Source: an uncultured Thermococci archaeon
GTDB taxonomy: Archaea > CAYQAE01 > CAYVLA01
Direction of reading: 5' to 3'
DNA length: 64,000 nucleotides
Assembly (NCBI GenBank): GCA_964549615.1
Contig: CAZJVP010000090.1
Span: 1 to 64,000, forward strand
How positions within the stretch are numbered: position 1 is the first letter of the stretch; each line of letters opens with the position of its first letter. Shown in pieces: positions 21,318-30,732 of this stretch. The notes beneath the pieces were generated by a model. The model searched no databases and was not told the DNA's origin. It saw nothing but the letters and a program-made list of their open reading frames with translations. The translations under genes and the position numbers were made by a program.

Positions 21318-22562
21318 ATGAATTCAGGCGGTTCGGCCCACCTCGCGACAGGAAGGGATCTTTCCCTAGCCTCCCGGTGCGGGCTAGCTCTCATCACATT
21401 CGCGCTCCTCGCATCACCGTTTGTCACCCATTCAAGGACTGACCCCGACACGGGAAGGATAAGGGTCATCTTCCTCGGCGAAGTCAAGCCTGCGCAGTTC
21501 CCTTTCCCCTCTTGGATAGAGGCCGAGCCCAAGTTCACGCTGCGGCGCGTTCCATGCGACATAGAATGGTTCTCGGAAACTGATGCCCGTAGGTTCGCCC
21601 GCCTATATCTACCGAGGACCTATAAGGACCTAGTAGACCACTACGATGCCATCATCTTCGAGGACTTCACGCTGAGAATCCTTCCGGAAGGGACCTTGGA
21701 GAGGTTCCAGAAGGCCATAGGCGAGGATGGCCTTGGAATCGCCTTGGTCGAATACGTCTACTGGTCCGGCAACCTGAACGAGATCGACAGGTGGATGCAG
21801 TCAAGCTTTTACGATGTGTTTGCTGCGGATGTGGTCTTCGGGAGCGCCACCGACGTTGGGCGAAGGTTCTACGAGGTGTTGAGAAAGGAGCCCATCTTCG
21901 GCGTACCTGATATCTCAAAATGGGCTATGAACGGCGCAAGCCACGGAGACCTCAGGGCAAGGGAGGGCGCAACCGTGGAAGCAATCTGGAGCCAGAGGAA
22001 GACGGAGGCCGTCGTCACGCGCAGCTACGGCAAGGGCTCGGTCATACAGATATCCCACGGTTGGGACAACATCCCGTCCGAAACCGTCATCGGGTATGAG
22101 TACCTTCCGGACCTGATCTTCAACGAGCTCTTCTTCACGGCAAAGGTTGCCCCTCCCGAGGACCTTGCCATGGTCCACACGATCAGGGTCGATCTCATCC
22201 AGATTGCCCAGAGAAGGGAGTCTGCGGTCGCGCTTCTGGATTTCGTTGACAGGTTCGGAGCGAACACTGCAAGGTTGGAGAGAATGCTTGGAGACCTTGA
22301 CGGTGTGGTCAAGCAGGCGGAGAAGGATTATATCCTGTCAAGGTATGCCGAAGCACAGGAAGCCCTCCAACGGGCGACCGAGGGATACGCCCGGTTCTCC
22401 GATTCCGCGGTTGACCTGAAGAACCGTGCCATGCTTTGGATCTATGTCATCGAATGGATCACCGTTGCGGCTACCCTCATGATCTGCTTGGAAGCCGTCT
22501 GGATCCTCATGGTAAGGAGAAGGCTCTACAGGGCGGTGCACGTAACAAGGGCGGTCGGCTAG
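21318..22562 (+). CDS. Surface protein paralogue 6
   Basis: DPDTGRIRVIFLGE, RLYLPRT, HGWDN and FVDRFGAN; C-terminus WIYVIEWITV...MVRRRLYRAVHVT. Confidence 0.8.
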   Translation: MNSGGSAHLATGRDLSLASRCGLALITFALLASPFVTHSRTDPDTGRIRVIFLGEVKPAQFPFPSWIEAEPKFTLRRVPCDIEWFSETDARRFARLYLPRTYKDLVDHYDAIIFEDFTLRILPEGTLERFQKAIGEDGLGIALVEYVYWSGNLNEIDRWMQSSFYDVFAADVVFGSATDVGRRFYEVLRKEPIFGVPDISKWAMNGASHGDLRAREGATVEAIWSQRKTEAVVTRSYGKGSVIQISHGWDNIPSETVIGYEYLPDLIFNELFFTAKVAPPEDLAMVHTIRVDLIQIAQRRESAVALLDFVDRFGANTARLERMLGDLDGVVKQAEKDYILSRYAEAQEALQRATEGYARFSDSAVDLKNRAMLWIYVIEWITVAATLMICLEAVWILMVRRRLYRAVHVTRAVG

Positions 22563-22597
22563 GCCCGTCGCCTGCCGAGAGGAAGCGACCAAAGCAC

Positions 22598-24154
22598 TCA
22601 ACGTCTCTGCGTCACGCGCCCTGATGGGTTCGTCTCTTGCGCTCCAAGGCCTTCCACAGGCGAGGCCTCGTCCAACCATCGGTTCAGTTTCGCCTCGTGC
22701 TCGGCCGACCATCCAACGTAGCAGTTGGCCATTATCTCCTCGTAGGTGGTTGCCGGATTGTCAGCGGTTCGGCTGTAGCTGGCGTCGGAAAACTCGCCTG
22801 CCACGGCCCTCCTGCGCCACTCCCTGAACGCCTGTCGATTGTAAAGCATGCAGCGGCGGTGAACCTCCTCATAGTCCACGATCGCCCTGAGCTCCCGATC
22901 CATGGTCTCGACGACATCCCTTTTCGCGCTGCTCATGTTCCGGATCTCATCCGGGTCCTCGGCCAGGTTGAAGAGCTGGGGCGGGTAGCCTGGATATGCC
23001 ACGTACTTCCAGTCGCCCTTGCGCAGCATGAACATGGTGGTGTTTGTGGACTCGCCCGTGTGCAAGGCAAGCGCCCAGTTGCGGCTCTTCAGGGTTTCGC
23101 CTCGAGCCAGTGGCAAGAGAGATTCGCCGTCCAGGTTGCCTGGCGTCGGGAGACCGGCCATCTCGGCCACCGTGGGGAATATGTCTATCAAGGATACGAT
23201 GTTATCGATCGTCCGACCCTTTATGACGCCTGGCCCAACTATGACCAGCGGCACTCGGGAGGAGCCCTCGTACATGCTCATCTTGTACCAGCTTCGGTGC
23301 TCCAGCGCAAGCTCGCCGTGGTCGCTTGTGAAGATGAAGTAGGTGTTGTCCCACAGGCCCAAGTCGTCCATCATCGCGACCATGTCGCCCACCATGGCAT
23401 CCGCCTCGGCGCACATCGCGTAGTATGCCGCGCGGAAAACCTTCACGATCTCAGGCGCGAACCCGTGCCTCCAATTCTTGTTGATCCGCTGATACTCCAT
23501 CACAGGGTGAACTTCCTCGTCCGCCGGAGGAACCCTAACCTCGTCAAGGTCAACCCGCTCCATCCAGTACGAGGTCGTGCGGTACGGTGGATGGACGGCG
23601 GACGTTGAGATGTAGAGGAAGAAAGGTTCCTCTCGACCCGCGTGAGCGGAGAGAAAATCCTTGGCCCTGGCGACCTTCTGCCAGTCTGCCTTCCAGGCGT
23701 TCCTCTCCTTCGTCGCGATGGAAAGATCCTGGTCTCCCCGACCGTAGACCGGCAGGCGGATGTCAGCCGGACCGGTCCACGCCGTGACGCGGGCGACGTG
23801 GCTGTGGCCGCCCGACCTATAGTCGCTCTTGCCCAGCCCTATGTCTCTATAGTCCTCCGCTGCGAAGCGGTAGCCCGCTTCGTGAAGCAGGTCCATCAGC
23901 GTCCTCTCGCCCGGCTCAAGCCCCTTATGGTTGTTCCAACTCTCGCAGTGATGGGTGTAGCGACCGGACCACATATTGGCCCGGGACGGGCAGCATAGGG
24001 GATGGCTACAGTAGGTGTGACGGAACAGCACGCCCCTGGAGGCAAGGGCATCGATGTTTGGGGTGGCACGACGCATGGCGGGATGTCCCATGCATCCAAG
24101 CGCCCGGCCGTCCCAGCTCTCTGCATGGAAGAACACGAAGTTCGGCCTCGGCAT
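22598..24154 (-). CDS. Sulfatase (formylglycine-dependent; choline-sulfatase/ARSK-like)
   Basis: PNFVFF, CxPxR motif (CCPSRA), FTSDHGE and KMSMYEGSSRVPL. Confidence 0.9.
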   Translation of the reverse strand: MPRPNFVFFHAESWDGRALGCMGHPAMRRATPNIDALASRGVLFRHTYCSHPLCCPSRANMWSGRYTHHCESWNNHKGLEPGERTLMDLLHEAGYRFAAEDYRDIGLGKSDYRSGGHSHVARVTAWTGPADIRLPVYGRGDQDLSIATKERNAWKADWQKVARAKDFLSAHAGREEPFFLYISTSAVHPPYRTTSYWMERVDLDEVRVPPADEEVHPVMEYQRINKNWRHGFAPEIVKVFRAAYYAMCAEADAMVGDMVAMMDDLGLWDNTYFIFTSDHGELALEHRSWYKMSMYEGSSRVPLVIVGPGVIKGRTIDNIVSLIDIFPTVAEMAGLPTPGNLDGESLLPLARGETLKSRNWALALHTGESTNTTMFMLRKGDWKYVAYPGYPPQLFNLAEDPDEIRNMSSAKRDVVETMDRELRAIVDYEEVHRRCMLYNRQAFREWRRRAVAGEFSDASYSRTADNPATTYEEIMANCYVGWSAEHEAKLNRWLDEASPVEGLGAQETNPSGRVTQRR

Positions 24155-24436
24155 CGGCTGCTGGGATTCCCTAGGGTGAAAAAATGTATGGTTCCACCCA
24201 CGGCAATGGCTCTTGGTTCCGCGGGAAAATGCTCGCATGAGGAAGCTCAAGAGTTCCGTGTCGCGCGTTGGTTGGCTCGCCGGCCTAGGGGAGGAGTGAC
24301 CGGACTTTGCTCGCTCCGCCCAGCGGGTGCATCGGCCCCCGTCTTCCCGGGAAAGAGGAAAGAGGCCAAAGTTAAAAGGCACTTCGTCGTATGGTGGAGC
24401 ATGGCGCACAAGATGCAAGCTGCGCCTCCCCGGGCT

Positions 24437-25663
24437 ATGAGGCAGGCCCTACGTCGAGTTGCGTTGTGCCTGCTGTTTCTAACAGTCCCAACGGCCTGGA
24501 GCCTGGAGGACGGCAGAATCGGGATGCTTTACGTGGGGTGCGTGGCGCGCTCCATGCCGTACTGGCTGATGAGGTCGGATCCACTCTTCCGAACAACCTT
24601 CGTCCAGGCGACGATCCGCGACTTCATGCTCTTCGGACCGATGCCGGCGCCGACCATTGAGGATCTGAACAGGCTGGTCAGGCTGTACATGCCCAGGACT
24701 TACGACGACGTCGTGGCGAACTATGACGTCATCGTGTTCTTCGAGGCCAACGTCCAAGCTGTTGCGAATCACATAGACAAACTAGCCCGGGCCGTCTCCG
24801 AGGGAGGGCTCGGCATGGTTATGACCGGGGGCTGGCAGTCGTTCGGGGGCGCCACCGGCTACCCGCCGTGGGGCGTGACGGCGATCGGCCCGCTCCTCCC
24901 AACCGAGGACGTCGTTGGAGCTTGGCACGACTCCCCCCAGCACCGCATCATCATAGACAAACCGGACAATGAGTTCATCAGAAGCCTGCCCTGGGACCTC
25001 AGCGACCCAGCCCTGTACGGCTCGGTATGGGACCACAACCTTCTCAAGGTGAGGCCAGGGGCCGAGCAGCTTGCGCACGTCGTCTCGCCCGGATGCGATG
25101 CCCCACTGATGGTCACATGGAGGCTTGAGGGCGGCCCCAGGACCTTCTCCCTAGCGAGCGAGGGCGGCTGGCGGCTGTTCTCCATGGCGAAGTGGAGGTA
25201 CGACTACGATTTCTGCAGCAATCTGATGATCTACCTCGACGACCGGCCAGTCCCGCAGGACATCGCGCTCGTCCAAGCCGTCAGACACAAGATCTTCGAG
25301 GTGGCGACCAGACGATCCATGATAGTGTCCCTGCTTGATTTTTGCGAGTCGTTTGGGGCGAACACGCAGAAGATTACGAGCAAGCTGATGGAGATCGACC
25401 GGGTGGCCGTCGAGGCCCTACCTCAGTATCTCCACCTCAACTTCGAGGGCGCGCTAGAGACCTACAAGACGGCGGCCAGGATGATCGAGAACCTTGAGGG
25501 CGAAGCCATGAAGCTTAAGGACAGGGCCCTCATGTGGATCTACGTCATCGAGTGGTTGGCCGTCACGGGCACCATGCTGGTATGCGGCATAGCGCTGTGG
25601 TCGCTGATGGTTCGCCGAAGGCTGTACCGGCAGGTTCGATATACAAGGCTTGCAGCACGCTGA
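24437..25663 (+). CDS. Surface protein paralogue 7
   Basis: Signal peptide; RLYMPRT, GLGMVMTGGWQSFGG and FCESFGAN; C-terminus WIYVIEWLAVTG...MVRRRLYRQVRYT. Confidence 0.8.
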   Translation: MRQALRRVALCLLFLTVPTAWSLEDGRIGMLYVGCVARSMPYWLMRSDPLFRTTFVQATIRDFMLFGPMPAPTIEDLNRLVRLYMPRTYDDVVANYDVIVFFEANVQAVANHIDKLARAVSEGGLGMVMTGGWQSFGGATGYPPWGVTAIGPLLPTEDVVGAWHDSPQHRIIIDKPDNEFIRSLPWDLSDPALYGSVWDHNLLKVRPGAEQLAHVVSPGCDAPLMVTWRLEGGPRTFSLASEGGWRLFSMAKWRYDYDFCSNLMIYLDDRPVPQDIALVQAVRHKIFEVATRRSMIVSLLDFCESFGANTQKITSKLMEIDRVAVEALPQYLHLNFEGALETYKTAARMIENLEGEAMKLKDRALMWIYVIEWLAVTGTMLVCGIALWSLMVRRRLYRQVRYTRLAAR

Positions 25664-25733
25664 GGATCTCGCCCGGACAGGCGCACAAGCCCAACTCCGC
25701 CGCGGCCGCAAGGCTAGGCGCAATGCACGGCCG

Positions 25734-26600
25734 TCAGCGGACAACCGAAAAGAAGTGCGTAAAGAAAGCGTCGGGATCGACCTCCACGGCAACCTCGTGC
25801 CTTGGGGCCGACCCCCCACGTACGAAGGTCGTTAATCCCCGAAGCTCCTCCCTCTCGAGTTCCACCTGGACCGTGCCGGTCTCGAATCTGCAGATCCCAT
25901 CATGGAATATCGTTGCGGCCGCGAGCGGGTCGTGGAACGTGATTGCCTTGTTTTCCGCAAACCAGACCTCCGCGAAATCCAGCACGGGCCCCAATGCCCT
26001 AGAGCGAAACCTCCTTCTGGCCTCCTCCGCCTCCATGGTGACCTTCGTTGTCACATCGAGGCCCACGGAGCGATGCATCCTTAGCCTCGCGCCATACACG
26101 ATCGACGAAGCCTCAGGATCGCAGCCTGCGTTCCACTCAATGCGCCTCTCCCCGAAGAGGCCGCACATGCTCACCACCCCCCTCAGCAGGAAGGGTATCT
26201 CGGGATCGCGGCGGAACAGGGCACCGACGTTTGTGAGGGGCCCGATCGTGACCAAGATCACCTCCTCCGGATGCTCGTGGACGGTTCGTCTCACAAAACC
26301 GACGGCCCGCCCCCGTGGGAAGCCCTGAGCATGATCCCAGCCCTCCAGGGCTGCGGCCTGCGGTGCTTTCGTCTGTTTTTGAGGAACGGCAAGGGGGACC
26401 TCGAAGCCGGGGAAGATCGGGACATCCCTGCCGAAGGCCCTGCATATGGCGCTTGCAAGCATCGCCCTCTTCTCTGCCTCTCCCGTCACGGTCGTTATCC
26501 CCAGCAGGTCGCATTCCGGCTGTGAGAGAAGATACGCTAGACAGACCGCATCGTCGATGTCGGATCCGATGTCTGTGTCGAGCAGGATCTTGACCGCCAT
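25734..26600 (-). CDS. Nucleoside hydrolase (IUNH family)
   Basis: LDTDIGSDIDD, TIGPLTN, EWNAGCDPEA and FHDPLAA. Confidence 0.9.
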   Translation of the reverse strand: MAVKILLDTDIGSDIDDAVCLAYLLSQPECDLLGITTVTGEAEKRAMLASAICRAFGRDVPIFPGFEVPLAVPQKQTKAPQAAALEGWDHAQGFPRGRAVGFVRRTVHEHPEEVILVTIGPLTNVGALFRRDPEIPFLLRGVVSMCGLFGERRIEWNAGCDPEASSIVYGARLRMHRSVGLDVTTKVTMEAEEARRRFRSRALGPVLDFAEVWFAENKAITFHDPLAAATIFHDGICRFETGTVQVELEREELRGLTTFVRGGSAPRHEVAVEVDPDAFFTHFFSVVR

Positions 26601-26772
26601 GTAGGCTTTCCTTATCAACGGATGGTTGGTCCATGGGTTTGCGGTAGCCTGAAATATTGCATTCTAGCGAAGCCTGGGGATCTTGTTGGGCGATGACCGG
26701 TCAGCCTGGAGACACCCGGACGATCGTGGACGTTGGATGGGCGCAGACAGATGGACACATGGGCTCGGCAGA

Positions 26773-26804
26773 TAGATGGTAGATGGGGTAGATGGTAGAT
26801 GGGG
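26773..26804 (+). repeat. Tandem duplication of TAGATGGTAGATGGGG (2 x 16 bp)
   Basis: Directly visible, in the divergent intergenic region between the nucleoside hydrolase and the ABC operon. Confidence 0.8.
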
Positions 26805-26908
26805 AAAGTCTTTTATCCCGACCACATGACGCCGCGACCGGGCCAGGGCCCATGCCACGGGAGGGTTTCGTTGCGGAGGCCAAGCGGAAGCTGCTAGTTG
26901 CCCTCAGG

Positions 26909-28465
26909 ATGCTGGGCGGCGAGAGACCTGCCAAGGCTTTCCCTGGCACCGAAAAGAAGATTGGGGAGATTATTCTTGAGGCCCGGGGCATCCGCAAGGT
27001 CTTCCCGGGCGTAATCGCCAACGACGGGGTCGACCTCGTCGTCAGGGCAGGCGAGATACACGCCCTGCTAGGTGAGAACGGGGCGGGCAAGACGACCCTA
27101 GTCAAGATCCTCTACGGCGTCTACTCGCCGGACGAGGGGGAGATAAGACTAGGGGGCCGGCCGGTGAAGATCGGGTCACCCAGGGATGCAAGGGACCTCG
27201 GCATAGGAATGGTTCACCAGCATTTCATGCTCTCCGAGCCCAACACGGTTGCGGAGAACGTGGCGCTTGGCCTGCCGGAGGGACGAATCCTCCTTCCCGA
27301 GGAGGAAGTCAAGAGGCGGATCAAGGATTTCTCGGGCGTGTACGGACTGAGCGTCGACCCACAGGCGAAGGTCTGGCAGCTATCCGCCGGGGAGAAGCAA
27401 AAGATCGAAATACTCAAGGCCCTCATGGCAGGCGCAAGGCTGCTCATCCTGGACGAGCCGACGGCCGTTCTCACGCCTCTCGAGACCGAGGAGCTTTTCT
27501 CCGCGCTCAGGCTGATGGCCAAACAGGGCAAGGCGGTCATCTTCATAACGCACAAGCTCGACGAGGTACTGTCCGTGGCGGACTGCGTCACCGTCCTCAG
27601 GAAGGGCAAGGTCGTGGGCCACGTCAGGACACCGGACACTGATCGCACGCAGTTGGCCAACATGATGGTTGGCGCTGAGATCGCGCCCTCGAAGAGGCCG
27701 CCTGCCACCACGGGAGAGGTGGTGCTTGAAGTCATCGGACTGTCGGTAGTGGGCGATCGAGGGAACCAGGCATGTCGAGACCTGACCTTCAGCGTACGGG
27801 CTGGAGAGATACTGGGGATCGCAGGAGTGGCTGGAAATGGCCAGCGAGAGCTCGTGGAGGCGCTGGCCGGGATCAGAAGCGTAGCATCGGGCTCCGTGAG
27901 GATCCTAGGTCGGGACGTCACCAACCAGGGGCCCAGGACCATCGCGAACCTTGGCGTGGCTTACATTCCAGAGGACAGGATAGGCATGGGAATCGTTCCC
28001 GACATGACCGTCAAGGAGAATCTAATTCTACGGAAGTACTGGCAGCCCGAGTTCTCGAGCGGAATGGTCCTGGATCGGAGCGCCATTGAGGGCTACGCTC
28101 GCGAGATGATACAAGCCTACGACATCATGACGCCAAGCCCGGACACCGTTGCCCGAAAGCTTTCGGGCGGAAACATACAGAGGCTGATCCTTGCTAGGGA
28201 AACCTCCGGCCGCCCCAGGCTCATCATAGCCTCCCATCCGACCTCCGGGCTCGACGTCAAGGCCACCAGCGACATCCGGGCCAGACTGCTCCAAGCGGCG
28301 AGCGACGGTTCGGCCATATTGTTGGACTCCGAGGACCTGGAGGAGATATTCGAACTCAGCGACAGGATCGCGGTCATCGTCAGAGGAGAGTTCGTGGGCA
28401 TCGTCCCCAGGTCGGAGGCGACCGTCGAGAAGATAGGCCTGATGATGGGAGGGGCGAAGGCGTGA
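26909..28465 (+). CDS. ABC transporter ATP-binding protein, CUT2/nucleoside type (two ATPase domains)
   Basis: GENGAGKT, LSAGEKQ, LILDEPT, FITHKL and LSGGNIQR. Start codon uncertain. Confidence 0.9.
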   Translation: MLGGERPAKAFPGTEKKIGEIILEARGIRKVFPGVIANDGVDLVVRAGEIHALLGENGAGKTTLVKILYGVYSPDEGEIRLGGRPVKIGSPRDARDLGIGMVHQHFMLSEPNTVAENVALGLPEGRILLPEEEVKRRIKDFSGVYGLSVDPQAKVWQLSAGEKQKIEILKALMAGARLLILDEPTAVLTPLETEELFSALRLMAKQGKAVIFITHKLDEVLSVADCVTVLRKGKVVGHVRTPDTDRTQLANMMVGAEIAPSKRPPATTGEVVLEVIGLSVVGDRGNQACRDLTFSVRAGEILGIAGVAGNGQRELVEALAGIRSVASGSVRILGRDVTNQGPRTIANLGVAYIPEDRIGMGIVPDMTVKENLILRKYWQPEFSSGMVLDRSAIEGYAREMIQAYDIMTPSPDTVARKLSGGNIQRLILARETSGRPRLIIASHPTSGLDVKATSDIRARLLQAASDGSAILLDSEDLEEIFELSDRIAVIVRGEFVGIVPRSEATVEKIGLMMGGAKA

Positions 28466-29559
28466 ACCCGCTTGCGGGAATCCGACGCGGAATCCCAAGG
28501 ATCTCGGTGCAGAAGAGGCGGGAGCCCCTCACCTCGAGGCAGGGTTTCGTGCTCATGCTCTCGGCCGTTGCCGCGGGCATCCTGCTTGGGGGACTGATGT
28601 TCAGCCTCGTGGGCGTGAGTCCCCTATACGCCTACGGCAAGATCCTTCAGGGATCCTTTGGCAGCCCCCAGGGCTGGAAGGAGATAGGGAGGAAGTGTAT
28701 CCCGTTGATGATGGCCGGCGTGGGCCTCGTGATAGCGTTCAGGGCGGTCTTCTGGAACATAGGAGCCGAGGGCCAAATGCTCGTCGGAGCCGTCGGTGCG
28801 ACTTGGATCGCCCTGAGCTTCAAGGACGCGCCATCCTGGCTCCTGTTGCCGAGCATGTTCGCGATCGGCCTTGCCTTCGGCGCCCTTTTTTGCATAATCC
28901 CGGCCGTCCTGCGGTCCAAGTTCAACGTGAACGAAGTCATAACCACCCTCATGCTCAACTACATCGCGATGCAACTCGTGTCCTACCTGATCGACGGGCC
29001 GTGGAAGGGCAAGACCCAGCATGGATACCCGTACACCGACCCGTTCGTGGAGGCCGCCCGCATCCCTCGGATCCCCGGCACATACATCCACTATCCGACC
29101 CTCATCATGGCCGTCGTCGCGTGTATCGTGCTATACCATTTCCTAGAGAGGACGAAGGCAGGCTACGAAATCAAGGTTACCGGTTACACTTCACGGGCGG
29201 CACAGTACGCAGGGATAAGCTACACGAGAACCTTGCTGATAGTAGGCCTCATCAGCGGCGGGCTGGCCGGCGCAGCGGGGGTCGGGGAGGTCGCCGGCGT
29301 CCACGGCAGGTTGATGTACCCGTACTACATCTCCGGCGGATACGGATTCACTGCCATCATCGTTGCCTGGCTAGCAAGGCTCCATCCCGCCGGGGTGATC
29401 GTCTCAAGCATGTTCGTGTCAGCCATCTTGGTGGGCGGCGACGCGATGCGCCTGAGGGTTCCGCTCGCATCGGTGAACATCTTCACGGGGCTTATCCTTC
29501 TGATGCTCGTCAGCACCGAGATCCTACGCACGCATTCCATCAAAGTGACCTGGGGGTGA
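28462..29559 (+). CDS. Nucleoside ABC transporter permease 1
   Basis: WNIGAEGQ, NEVITTLMLNY and GYGFTAIIVAWL. Confidence 0.9.
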   Translation: MNPLAGIRRGIPRISVQKRREPLTSRQGFVLMLSAVAAGILLGGLMFSLVGVSPLYAYGKILQGSFGSPQGWKEIGRKCIPLMMAGVGLVIAFRAVFWNIGAEGQMLVGAVGATWIALSFKDAPSWLLLPSMFAIGLAFGALFCIIPAVLRSKFNVNEVITTLMLNYIAMQLVSYLIDGPWKGKTQHGYPYTDPFVEAARIPRIPGTYIHYPTLIMAVVACIVLYHFLERTKAGYEIKVTGYTSRAAQYAGISYTRTLLIVGLISGGLAGAAGVGEVAGVHGRLMYPYYISGGYGFTAIIVAWLARLHPAGVIVSSMFVSAILVGGDAMRLRVPLASVNIFTGLILLMLVSTEILRTHSIKVTWG

Positions 29560-29586
29560 AACGGCACGACACTCCTTGATCAGGCG

Positions 29587-30495
29587 TTGTTCATTCTTCA
29601 CAGGACGGTTGCCTTCGGGACGCCGCTTCTGCTGGCCACGCTGGGCGAGATCGTCGCAGAGCGGTCCGGGGTTCTCAACCTAGGGGTGGAGGGGATGATG
29701 TCCGTGGGAGCGATAACCGCCTTCGCCACATCGATCGTCACGGGCAACCCTTGGGCCGGCGTGCTCGTCGGTGCCATCTGCGTCGGCTTCCTCTCGCTGC
29801 TCCACTCCTTCGCCAGCATCAACCTGAGGGCCAACCAGGTGGTCTCGGGCCTCGCGCTGACCATGCTCGGCCTTGGGATCAGCGGCCTTCTCGGGAAGCG
29901 CTACGTGGGTATGCCGCCCGGCGGCACCATAAAAGCCATGAGGCTACCCGTCCTCAGCAGGATCCCGATCCTGGGCGATATCTTCTTCAATCAGGATGCG
30001 CTGGTGTATCTCTCGATCGCGCTCGCACTGCTCATCTGGTTTGTCCTCTCCAAGACTAGGATCGGCCTCAACATAAGGGTGGTCGGGGAGAATCCGGCGG
30101 CCGCGGATGTGTCGGGAATCAGCGTCTATGGCATTCGCCACCTGTGCGTCTTCGTCGGAGGGCTTCTCGCTGGGGTTGCGGGGGCCTACCTTTCCCTGGT
30201 CTACATACCTTCGTGGACCGAGGGGATGACGGGTGGCCGCGGGTGGATAGTCATCGGGCTCACGATCTTCGCCTTCTGGAGCCCCCTGCGGGCCATCGTT
30301 TGCTCCTACATCTTCGGGCTCTTCTACGTTCTTCCTTACAGCCTGCAGCCCCTGGGAATACACGTGAGCATCCTGCAGTCGATGCCCTATATCGTCACCA
30401 TTCTTTCCCTTGTGGCAATATCGAGAGAGTCGTTGAGGAAACGCATGGGCGCACCGCAGGCCCTCTCCAAGGCCTACGTCCGTGAGGAGATCTGA
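29587..30495 (+). CDS. Nucleoside ABC transporter permease 2
   Basis: ERSGVLNLGVEG, GENPAAA, GRGWI and PQAL. Confidence 0.9.
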   Translation: MFILHRTVAFGTPLLLATLGEIVAERSGVLNLGVEGMMSVGAITAFATSIVTGNPWAGVLVGAICVGFLSLLHSFASINLRANQVVSGLALTMLGLGISGLLGKRYVGMPPGGTIKAMRLPVLSRIPILGDIFFNQDALVYLSIALALLIWFVLSKTRIGLNIRVVGENPAAADVSGISVYGIRHLCVFVGGLLAGVAGAYLSLVYIPSWTEGMTGGRGWIVIGLTIFAFWSPLRAIVCSYIFGLFYVLPYSLQPLGIHVSILQSMPYIVTILSLVAISRESLRKRMGAPQALSKAYVREEI

Positions 30496-30732
30496 CCTCA
30501 TTCGCCGCCTGAAAGGGTGGCAAGCCAGAAGCAACGGAACGAGTGCGGGGCCCCACTTCCCCAAGCCCTCTTCGCGGGCCTTCTCTTAGCGACTGGTCCG
30601 TGCCCGTCGTTGTCAATATCGTCCTTGACCTCAAGGTCCTGGGGGGTAGGGAGGGGAATGTGACGCCGGAAATCTTTTTCAACCGGGAAACGACTCAATC
30701 GGACGGCGCTAAGCGCCCCAGGAGAGGGTTTA

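Noticed and set aside
24002-24436. Long N-terminal extensions in the ORF track (paralogue 7, sulfatase, DP1, npdG, isomerase, DUF61)
   Set aside because: They overlap neighbouring genes or promoters and look non-protein-like, so I used downstream starts that match family N-termini.
29557-29559. Selenocysteine recoding of the in-frame TGA between the permeases
   Set aside because: The position is the normal boundary between two separate permease genes, it is not a Cys-equivalent site, and I recognised no SECIS-like element.
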